DNA of 64,000 bases. Origin: Octopus vulgaris (Eukaryota). Shown here piece after piece: positions 53,909 to 64,000 of this stretch. A program made the translations under genes and the position numbers. Position 1 is the stretch's first letter. Each line of letters opens with the position of its first letter. The stretch is from NCBI GenBank assembly GCA_951406725.2, contig OX597820.1, positions 20,770,001-20,834,000 of the forward strand. The letters run 5' to 3'. The notes under the pieces were generated by a model. It did not search any database, was not told the origin of the DNA, and worked only from the letters and a program-made list of their open reading frames with translations.

Positions 53909-54283
53909 CGCGCGCACGTGTAATAAGTTGAGGTCCAGATTACGACAAGAAAAGCAAACAAAACCTTCAAAAGTGACGCTCATATTTTTACGTCGCTAAA
54001 ATACAAAGTTGCCAGCTTTTATTTTCTTCATATACGCATAAAGACTTTCGTTCGGGCTATTTTCCCCTTTCTATTTTCTCTTCCTTTCACTTTGCTCAGC
54101 ATTTTTTTTTCCTGATATGTTTCGCATCTGTCAAAATATTGCCAGCTGATTTCCGGACATTCTCGACAGTTTACGGAAATTCATTCATTTATTTATCTAT
54201 TTATTTATTTATTTATTTATTTATTTGAAAATAATTTTCTTTTCGGCAATGTCTTTCTTGTACTGGTGATTGCCGAACACACA

Positions 54284-54322
<39 letters not shown>

Positions 54323-54621
54323 AAACACATGTATACACACACACACACACACTCTCTCTCTCTCCCACTCTCTCCCTCCCCCTCCCCCACGAAGACACAC
54401 ACACACACACTCGTTCCCATTACACACACACATACACACTCCCTTTCTCTCTCGTTCCCACCACACACACACACACAGACACACATATACACACTCCCTT
54501 TCTCTCTTGTCCCCACCACACACACACACAGATACACACATGCACACTCTCTTTCTCTCTCGTCCCCACCACACACACACACAGACACACACATGCACAC
54601 TCTCTTTCTCTCTCGTCCCCA

Positions 54622-54659
<38 letters not shown>

Positions 54660-54982
54660 TCATATGTATAAACAAATTATCTGTAAACTGTCAAAAACAT
54701 GAAGAAATCAAATGGCAATAAGTTGACAGCTGCCATGTTTATTCCCGAAAAGATCACCTTTTGGCTTTTCTCTGTATAGCTTTGGTTGTCTCCTTAAATA
54801 CTCAGAGAGACACAACCAATAGCTCAATAATTTAGTAAAAATAGAGTTCTTTACTAAATCTGTGAAATACAGCTATTTACAGGTATCTTTAACACAAATT
54901 CTATTCAGAAAGGAAAGGGTTTTTCTATTTTTCTTACCCTCCTCCCAAAACAGTCATTTGTAAAGAATAAGAACACATTTAT

Positions 54983-55150
54983 AGGTATAGGAGTGGCTGT
55001 GTGGTAAGTAGCTTGCTTACCATCCACATGGTTCCAGGTTCAGTCCCACTGCGTAGCACCTTGGGCAAGTGTTTTCTACTATAGACTTGGGCCGACCAAA
55101 GCCTTGTGAGTGGATTTGGTAGACGGAAACTGAAAGGAGCCTATCGTATA
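54983..55150 (+). mobile_element. SINE family B, 5' half
   Basis: Consensus head. Confidence 0.85.
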
Positions 55151-55152
55151 TA

Positions 55153-55182
<30 letters not shown>

Positions 55183-55183
<1 letters not shown>

Positions 55184-56070
55184 ATCACTGGAGCTGTTAA
55201 AATCAGTAAAACTTTCCAGAAGTTTATGATCTAAGTATATATGAGCATGTCTAGACATGCAACTATATGCATGAGAAATAGAACACAAAACAAATAAAAC
55301 AAATAAAGGAAAAACAAAAAAAAAACAAATAAAACATACATAAAATAAGACATACAAATCTGCACATGTACTGACTCCAAATACTGCATATATACACACA
55401 CGTATGCAAAAATTCCCAGTTGATGTCGAAATTCCAATGAAGGAGCTTTGGATCTAGGTTAGAAACTGGCTCTTTCTCTATTGGCAAGAAATCATCATCA
55501 TCGTTTAACGTCCGCTTTCCATGCTAGCATGGGTTGGACGATTTGACTGAAGACTGGCAAACCGGATAGCTGCACCAGGCTCCACTCTGATCTGGCAGAG
55601 TTTCTACAGCTGGATGCCCTTCCTAACGCCAACCACTCTGAGAGTGTAGTGGGTGCTTTTATGTGCCACCGGCATGAGGGCCAGTCAGGCGGTACTGGCA
55701 ACGTCCACGCTCAAATGGTGTTTTTTACATGCCACCTGCACAGGAGCCAGTCCAGCGGCACTGGCAATGACCTTGCTCAAATGTTTTTTCATATGCCACC
55801 AGCACAAGTACCAGTAAGGCAAAACAGGTAATGATCATGCTCAAATGGTGCTTTTTACGTGCCACCGGGATGGAAACCAGTTTGTTGCTCTGGCAACGAT
55901 CACACTCAGATGGTGCTCTTAGCGCTCCACTAGCACGGATGCCAGTCATCGAATTTTATTTCGATTTCAATTTCAATTTCACTTATCTCAACAGTCTTCA
56001 CAAGCAAACTTTAGTGTCCAATGAAGGAAAGGAAATCTTGAAATAAAACTGAATGATGACATACATACAT
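55183..56070 (+). mobile_element. R4/Dong 3' end (same family as 18838-19497) split by an insertion
   Basis: Runs ...TTGGCAAGAAATC [insert] GAAATCTTGAAATAAAACTGAATGATGA(CATA)n. Confidence 0.75.
55492..56030 (-). mobile_element. Non-autonomous RTE-related retroposon (family D)
   Basis: Minus strand GGTTGGCGTTAGGAAGGGCATCCAGCTGTAGAAAC...GGACGTTAAACGATGATGA; internal ~60-bp subrepeats. Confidence 0.8.
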
Positions 56071-56221
56071 AGTTTATAGATGAGAGACAGATATTCTCTG
56101 TATAGAATACACATCACAGTGCTCAAGAGGTTTAAACTTGAGCAGGTAGAGGAGTAAATATAGGGATGAGAAAGATAGGTAAGTTGATATACAAAATATA
56201 TTAAATACATTTAAGGCAAAA

Positions 56222-56386
56222 AAGGTCCGACTTACACAGAATAGAAATGATATCAGGAATTAAAGGGGTTGATGAAGAGCTTTGCAAGTCCAACAGCTGT
56301 TTCTGGGGGGTTTGGTGGACTAGTAAAGCTCCTATTCAACCCCTTTAATTCCTGACATCATTTCTATTCAGTGTAAGTTGGACCTT
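56222..56386. repeat. Hairpin with ~72-bp arms; the loop contains the 3' half of an HHR
   Basis: AAGGTCCGACTTACACAGAATAGAAATG... pairs with ...CATTTCTATTCAGTGTAAGTTGGACCTT; minus strand GAAA-CAGCTG-TT-GGACT. Confidence 0.85.
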
Positions 56387-56607
56387 CTTATATGTAAACA
56401 TATGTACATTTATTTGCTTGTATGAAATGTATTTAATATTTTTTTGTATATTGCCCTACTTAACTTGCTTAAACTTATATTTACTCCGCTACAAGCATAC
56501 ACACATGCATACATACATACATACATACACACATACATACATACATACATACATACATACACATACATACATACATACATACATACATACATACATACAT
56601 ACATACA

Positions 56608-56638
<31 letters not shown>

Positions 56639-56879
56639 CAGGGACGTACCACTTGAGTAGACAAGGTAGGCAGTACCTACTCTAAATAAAATAGATCGAT
56701 AGTAACATTTTCCTTTTATGGCAAAATATGGACTTGATTCAATAAAATTAGGAAGGTTACTCTGATTACTATGTATAAAATGCAAAATATCTAATTTTTT
56801 TGTAAATTAGGTAGGCATAATTTGCCCCTGCCTTTCAATCTCAGTATTAAAACTTCGTATAGTACTGCTGTAGAACACA

Positions 56880-57240
56880 TGCCGAACCGCTAAGTTACGG
56901 GGATGTAAACACACCACCATCAGTTGTCAAGTGATGTTGGGGGGGACAAACACAGACACACAAACATATACACACACATACATATATATATATACAAACA
57001 TACATACATACATATATATATATAAAAACACAGATACACACATACATACACGCACACATATATATATACATATATACGACGGGCTTCTTTCAGTTTCCGT
57101 CTACCAAATCCACTCACAAGGCTTTGATCGGCCCGTGGCTATAGTAGAAGACACTTGCCCAAGGTGCCACACAGTGGGCCTGAACCTGGAACCATGTGGT
57201 TGGTAAGCAAGCTACTTACCACACAGCCACTCCAGCGCCT
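56880..57240 (-). mobile_element. SINE family B
   Basis: Reverse complement of the consensus. Confidence 0.9.
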
Positions 57241-57382
57241 CTGTTAATTTTGCCTTCATATTCTAATTGCTAATAAGCCACCCTTTTTAATTTGCTTCTT
57301 ACACTATTACCATTCAGAAAATTACCACATTTTTCAACAATTTTTCTTATAAGGCTGACAGTGGTAGTTGAGTTTAAGCCTA

Positions 57383-57495
57383 GGATGAAAGGCAAAGTCG
57401 ACCTCGGTGGAATTTGAACTCAGAACGTAACGGCAGACGAAATACAGCTACGTATTTCGCCCAGCATGCTAATGTTTCTGCCAGCTCGCCGCCTT
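57383..57495 (-). mobile_element. SINE family A, 5' part
   Basis: Ends GCCAGCTCGCCGCC. Confidence 0.85.
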
Positions 57496-57785
57496 ATATA
57501 ACATCAGTGGTGTGGATAGAGGAGACTGGTATGTATAGGTGACTGCTAGTCTTCCATAATTAACCTTGCCAAGACTTGTGCCTCGGAGGGGAACATTTTA
57601 GGTGTAATCCCATAGTCCTTCGTGACCGAAGGGGTTTTTAATTATCACCACACTTAAGTGATCTCAGAATTACCCACATGTAGATTCCATCAGCCCTTCA
57701 GTTTCAGATATTGTTTGTTATGAGAGATTATTTTCAAATATTAATGTTCCTACAGTTATTACATTCATTTTCGTTATTTCTCCAG

Positions 57786-57864
57786 TGTTGTAGGCGAGGA
57801 TGACTATGGTAAGCTATTGACTCCCGAGGAATATGAAAAATATAAACAGAATGTGCTGCCTCTG
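57786..57864 (+). CDS. FAM221A: FAM221A homolog, coding exon 2 ((R)VVGEDDYGKLLTPEEYEKYKQNVLPL)
   Basis: Acceptor ttatttctccAG|T and donor CTG|GTATGT; phase-compatible with exon 1. Matches the human FAM221A segment RIVGEDDGGKLFTPEEYEEYKRKVLPL as I recall it. Confidence 0.9.
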
Positions 57865-57919
57865 GTATGTAATAACAGTTTTATTTATTTCTTTATTTTC
57901 ATTAATCTATATTTAATTC

Positions 57920-58105
57920 ACAGCAGCAAGCTGGCAGAAATGTTAGCACGCTGGGCGAAATGCTTAGCGCTATTTCGTCTGTCTTTACATTCTGGGTTCA
58001 AATTCCGCCAAGGTCGACTTTGCATTTCATCTTCTCTGGGTTGATAAATTAAGTAGTGGTTGCATACTGGAGTTGATCTAATTGACTGGGGCCCCCTCCC
58101 CAAAA
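57920..58105 (+). mobile_element. SINE family A
   Basis: Head GCAAGCTGGCAGAAATGTTAGCACG and B-box. Confidence 0.85.
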
Positions 58106-58114
58106 ATTATGGGT

Positions 58115-58441
58115 CAGTAGTTCTCAAAGTGGGCGGTACTGCCCACCCACCTGCTCTGTAGGCGGCGAAAGAGGAAGAGGGGCGTTGAAGAAACGTGGGG
58201 CAATAACAGAGTGGCCAAAAGGGGGCGATGGATGTTACCCTCCCGGCCAAAAAACAATAGGTGAAGTTAAGTTTTATTTGTGAAATACTGTTGATTTGAA
58301 TTTGCTATAAAAAGTGGTCTACATTTGTAGTGATGGATGTGGTGGTGGTGGAGGCGGGGGGTAGCGGCGGTGGTGAGGGGCGCTAGAAATGTGGTTCGAG
58401 TGCCAAAGGGACGGCATCTCGAAAAAGTTTGGGAACCACTT
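58115..58441. mobile_element. hAT/Charlie-like MITE
   Basis: TIRs CAGTAGTTCTCAAA / TTTGGGAACCACT. Confidence 0.65.
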
Positions 58442-59269
58442 ATCTAAACTTTTCACTTACAATTTAACGTTTTATTCTTAATTTTCCCAAGTTATTCCCC
58501 TTTAAACAGAGTTGCTTCCCTTGAAGTAGAAAGCTGTGATAACTATATATAATTGCAGAGGTTTAATTAAGTGTATGGGCTTTTTATTATCTCGTTCGCT
58601 CCTTAATCAGTCAACTTAGCTTTTCGATCATCAAAACGTCGTTTAATAAGATATTCGTGGATGCTTTATCGCTCCATCTTACTCATCTTACCTAGGTCGA
58701 TTATTAAGATTTTCGACCAATTATATCTCTTCCTCTTAACCAAAAGAATTGATCGTTTCTACTATGGAATAATGAGACGCCTATGATTGTAGAATAAGGA
58801 TTTCTAGTTTAGACACAAGGCCGGCATTGGAGAAGGAGACTCAATTAAATCACAGCCAGTCCTTGATTGGTTTAAATTTTATTAGACTTGGCAGAAATTA
58901 AACTTCAGAGGTATAGATAGGTACAGTCCTTGTTGTGATGTTGTCACTTGTGTGTTTCAATAACCTGTGACCTATTCCAGTGGAGTACAAGCTCCTGGTA
59001 GATCCACCCAAGCTGGACAGGTCAAACGGTAGAGGCCAGACTAATGCAGATCAGCTTTTCTAAGAGGTAACAATGGATTTGTGAAGGTCCAATACCTCGA
59101 CCTAGAAAAAAATGAAAAGTCACAGAAACATGAATGGCAATTCAAACCAACAAGACCTTGGAATGGAAGACAACTCAGAATCAAGAACTGTAAATCGTTA
59201 ATGTCCTTTGTTCCATAGAAAACAAAGAACTTTAGTAAGTAAAGTATAAATAGGTAACTAAATGCTAGG

Positions 59270-59825
59270 GGTGTAACCAGCCCACTTAGGCGTACCTTTC
59301 CTTCATTGGACACTAAACTCTGCTTGCGAAGACCTGTTGAAGCAAGTGAAATCGAAATCAAATTTGATGACTGGCATCCGTGCTAGTGGAGTGCTAAGAG
59401 CACCATCTGAGCGTGATCATTGCCAGAGTGGCTAACTGGCTTCTGTGCCGGTGGCATGTAAAAAGCACCATTCGAGTGTGATCGTTACCAGCGTTGCCTT
59501 ACTGGCACTTGTGCTGGTAGCATGTCAAAAAACATTTGAGCGAAGTCATTACCAGTGCCGCTGGACTGGCTCCTGTACAGGTGGCATGTAAAAAACACTA
59601 TTTGAACGTGGCCGTTGCTAGTACTGCCTGACAGGCCCTTGTACCGGTGGCATGTAAAAGCACCCACTACACTCTCAGAGTGGTTGGCATTAGGAAGGGC
59701 ATCCAGCTGTAGAAACTCTGCCAGATCAAGATGGGAGTCTGGTGCAGCCATCTGGTTCACCAGACCTCAGTCAAATCGTTCAACCCATGCTAGCGTGGAA
59801 AGCGGACGTTAAATGATGACGATGA
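59270..59825 (+). mobile_element. Family D retroposon, inverted relative to 55492-56030
   Basis: Reverse-complement match over ~500 bp; (GAT)n tail. Confidence 0.85.
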
Positions 59826-59827
59826 TG

Positions 59828-59885
<58 letters not shown>

Positions 59886-60570
59886 TAGTGATTATCACAT
59901 TGACCAAATAAATATAATGCCAAGCCCTGTACCCAAAGTTGCTTTCTTATTTAAGAAATAGCCAAGAAGTTTAGACTCTAAATTGCTAATTTGCATTGCC
60001 AGAATTATGTTTAAAGTTTTTACTAAAGAATCTTAATTACCTTCATCGTCATCATTTAATGTATTCTTTACCATGCTGGCATCTTCAAGTAAAAGGCTTC
60101 ATTAGAGGGGTAAAAAAATGAAGCTATTACTTGCAAGTGAGTATGACTTGACAGAATGTACCATGTTTGCGCTAATTGCATTACAAGCCTCTGTGCCAAT
60201 GTAGTCACAGATATAGAGAACCGCAACCCCTCAGCTCTCTACTCTTGTCTCACTGGATCATCTCAAATGTAACAGCTGGAGGGTGAGAAGGTCACACCAG
60301 TAGCCAGATGATATTTATTTTCAGCTGAATTGACCCGAGAACACTAAATGAAGTGCCCTGTTCAAGGACACGACATGTCTCCTTGTCCAGGAATTGAAAC
60401 TGCAACATATGATTGTGGACTCAATACAGCCTTCACTTAAAGGTTTCAAAACAAATAATAAAATAGTCCTTATACAGTTATCTCTCAGTGTATTCTTAAA
60501 AGTTGCAATTGTTTTAATGTTTGTAGATATCTCAATATTTGGATAGCTTTATAGTGTTGAGGGACATTAA

Positions 60571-60791
60571 CCCTTTAGAATTTAAACTGGCCATATCCAG
60601 CCACAAATATTCCATCTGTTTTATGTCCAAACTAGTCAGCTCCAGCCTCTCACACCTATCCTACAATGTCATTCTACAATTAAGCAATCATGTCATTGAA
60701 ATCTCAAAGATATGAGATAATGCATGAGTAATTTAAAATATTGTAAACAAATAAGCATTACAATTGACGGAGAAATCTGAATGCTAAATGG
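60571..60791. mobile_element. piggyBac-like MITE; a related reverse copy lies at ~21320-21480
   Basis: TTAA|CCCTTTAGAATT ... AATGCTAAATGG|TTCA. Confidence 0.6.
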
Positions 60792-61128
60792 TTCATGTAT
60801 GCTAATAGATGATAAATGGATTGATAATTGAATTAAAACAAATGTAAACATACATACACATGCATGCATAATTCAATTGGTCCATCAACACTGCACACAT
60901 GTATGTAACGTGTTTCTGTGTATGTGTGTGTGTATATATCAAGTGATCACGTGACCAACCAGACCATCAGATGTTGTTACACATAGCTGGTCACAATGCG
61001 TTCGCATTGTTTTAGCCTTCGAATGACGCCACCCCGCTGGCTAAGCAAGCAGGCCAGCGTGTACACACTGTATAAGTAGTGTATATATATATATAGTGTA
61101 TATATATATATATATATATATATAAACA

Positions 61129-64000
61129 CAGTGGGGGGAAATAAATATTTGTTCATGTCAAAATTCTTTATTTAATTTCTAATGAACATAAATGGGATAT
61201 ACCAATACTATATTTGCATACATATGCATAAACTTCATGAGCTTCTGTGTCAGTGCTGGGAAGAGGGTACAGTCCCTCAGGATATGCGGGATGCTAACAT
61301 CATTACGCTTTACAAAAACAAAGGTGACCGTGGTGATTGTAACAATTACCGTGGTATATCCCTTCTAAGCACTGTTGGAAAGACCTTTGCCCGTGTTATC
61401 CTGGCCAGGCTACAACTACTTGCTTCTCGAATCTATCCGGAATCGCAGTGTGGCTTTAGAAGAAGCAGATCAACTATCGATATGATATTCTCCATACGCC
61501 AACTTCAGGAGAAGTCCAGAGAGCAGAAAATGCCATTATATATGGCCTTCATTGATCTAACAAAGGCTTTTGACTCGGTAAGCAGAACATGCCTCTTCAT
61601 CCTGCTCCAAAAAATCGGATGTCCACCAAAGCTGCTGAGGATCATCAAGTCTTTCCATGAAGACATGCAAGGCACCATACAGCACAACGGTTCAACATCA
61701 GCCGCCTTCCAAATAAAAAACGGGGTAAAGCAAGGTTGTGTCCTCGCTCCTACATTGTTTGGCATCTTCTTCTCGCTCTTACTTTCACATGCCTTTCAGA
61801 CATCAGATGATGGAATGTTTCTGCACAGTAGAAGTGACGGGAAACTGTTCAATCTCTCGCGCCTGCGTGCCAAGACCGAAACCAGAAACGTCCTGATCAA
61901 GGAGATGTTATTTGCTGATGATGCCACTCTGGTAACAAACACAGAAGAAGCCCTCCAAAGGCTCATTAACTGTTTTGAGCAAGCATGTAACGACTTTGGC
62001 TTAGCTATCAGCCTTAAGAAGACCAACATCATGGGCCAGGCTACATCGGACATCCCAAACATACATATTGGAGATCACAGATTACAAGAGGTGGAGAAGT
62101 TTACCTATCTGGGCTCTACCGTCACCTACATCCTTGACGCTGAGCTCAATATACGCATTGGCAAGGCAGATGGCCCAATCTCCAAACGGGCTTGGGACAA
62201 CAATAAGCTGACCAAGACCACGAAAATGAAGATCTACCAGGCATGTGTACTCAGTACTCTACTGTATGGAAGTGAGACCTGGAGCACCTGCGCTGCCTCC
62301 GAAAAATCCTCCGCATCAAATGGCCGAATCATATCTCCAACAAAGATGTCCTCAGACAAGCAGGAATGCCAAGCATGTTTGCACTCCTCACACAAAGACG
62401 ATGAGATGGCTTGGGCATGTTAGCCGTATGAAAGATGGCAGAATCCCCAAGGACATACTCTACGGAGAGCTTGATAGGGGTACTAGGTCTGTGGGTAGAC
62501 CGATCTTACGTTACAAGGATGTTTGCAAAAGGGACATGAAGGCCTGCAACATCAATATTAGCGGTTGGGAAGCAGTTGCCGGCAACCGTGGAGAATGGCG
62601 ACGTACCGTAAAAGAGGGAATACAAAGGAGTGACAGAGAGAGAGAGGAGAAATGGAAAGAAAAGAAGAGATGTCAACAAGAGACTATGGCATTACAACCA
62701 GCCAGGAACAGTCTTCGCTACATTTGTGGTACCTGCCAGAAGGAGTGTTTGTCCAGGATAGGACTACACAGCCACAGCAGGAAATGTATCAGGACATGAA
62801 ATATAAAAGCCGGACTAGACTACTTTATGCTCAACTCCATTGTCTCCCGAGACAGAAAGGATGCCAACCAATGCATAAACTAAGAATATGCAAAAGAAAC
62901 TAATAAATTATAATAACTAAGGAATTTATATACAATCATAAATATTTAGGGGTGAAAAAAGTATTCATACAGAATAAATTTATGATTTTCTAAGCCACAA
63001 AATACTGTTAAAATAATTTTTTTACTAGAACTTTCTCGTTTGTTCCAATAATCTTATCAGTTGTCATTTTTAAGTGTCAAAACGCTAGCTTCTTCATTCA
63101 GCACTGAGACAACATAAAGTAGTATCGTAATAATGGTGAAAAGTAAAGAACTCACAAATACAGTGAAAAACTTAATTATTGAACAGTGGAAAGCAGGTAA
63201 AAGTTACAGGAAAATATCAGAGATCCCTTGTATTCCATTTTCTACCATATCTTCATTTATTCAAAGATATAAAAAATCAGGAACTGTTGAAAACAGAATA
63301 AGATCGGGTGCACCACGCAAGATTTCCCCTAGATCTTTAAGAAAAATGAAGTGAAGAATTGAAAAAAAATGCAATGATCACTAGAAAGGAGCTGCAAGAA
63401 GATTTGTTAGCTTGAGGGACTAGTGTTACCTTATGAACAATCAGCAATGAACTTTATAGGAATAAACTGGAGTCATGCTCTCCTAGAAAAACTCCGCTGT
63501 TAACTAAAAGGCATAGAGATGCCAATTTAAAATTTGTTTATGAACATAAAGATAAACCTGATACATTCTGGGAAAATGTTCTATGTACAGACGAGTTGAA
63601 AATTGAATTGTTTGGAAGAAATTCACATAGCCATGTTTCGAGAAAAGATGGTACTGCCTATTCGCCGAAAAACACAATTCCTACCATAAAGTTTGGAGGT
63701 GGCAACATCATGGTGGGGGGGTGTTTCTCTGCAAATGGTACTAGCAATTTACATGTGATAGATGGTAGAATGAATGCAGAGATGTACCAAAATATTTTGA
63801 ACAATAATTTATGGGACTCTGTAAAAAAGCTCCGGCTTTGTGAAGGGTGGGTTTTACAACAGGATAACGACCCTAAGCACATGGCAAAGTCTACCAAAAA
63901 ATGGATTGTCGATCACAATATAAAATTACTAGAATGGCCAAGCGAGTTCACCTGACTTGAACCCCATTGAAAATTTGTGGAGTTATTTGAAAATTAAAAT
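61129..64000 (+). mobile_element. Tc1-like transposon with a decayed DDE transposase from 63133; runs off the window end
   Basis: TIR CAGTGGGGGGAAATAAATATTTG; MVKSKEL...RSGAPRKIS, TDELKIELFG, KFGGGNIMV, QQDNDPKH, PDLNPIENLW; stops and frameshifts. Confidence 0.9.
61235..62870 (+). mobile_element. 5'-truncated RTE (BovB-like) LINE nested in the Tc1 left end
   Basis: NYRGISLLS, PESQCGFR, FIDLTKAFDSV, GVKQGCVLAP, LFADD and a C-terminal C2H2-like CGTC..H. 11-bp TSD ATGCATAAACT at 61224-61234 and 62871-62881; frameshift near 62290. Confidence 0.93.

Noticed and set aside
61182-61234. N-terminal MNINGIY... of the 413-aa ORF
   Set aside because: Lies outside the RTE TSD; a fortuitous in-frame extension from Tc1 sequence.

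Overview
Repeat-dominated animal genomic DNA. The microsatellite load and the tRNA-derived SINE families suggest an octopus or other coleoid cephalopod; this is an inference. The only host gene I can support is the 5' end of FAM221A on the + strand (coding exons 51571-51644 and 57786-57864, continuing beyond the window), with RFX X-box-like motifs at its start. The rest consists of microsatellites, at least four SINE-like families and a 5S rRNA pseudogene, plus many transposable elements. These include a near-intact CR1-group LINE, RTE, R4/Dong and CRE-clade fragments, Penelope-like (PLE) RT and GIY-YIG remnants, Tc1/mariner/Tigger elements, and Helitron, Helentron, hAT and piggyBac non-autonomous elements. 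The most notable signal is a set of type I hammerhead ribozyme (HHR) motifs in non-coding units, often arranged head-to-head inside (TA)n tracts. The best case is a 507-nt tandem unit at 15823-17165, where one arm begins exactly at the predicted self-cleavage site, as expected for a retrozyme or PLE pseudo-LTR. Almost all other entries in the ORF track are microsatellite or SINE artefacts. Repeat boundaries were read by eye and are approximate unless a TSD or TIR is quoted.
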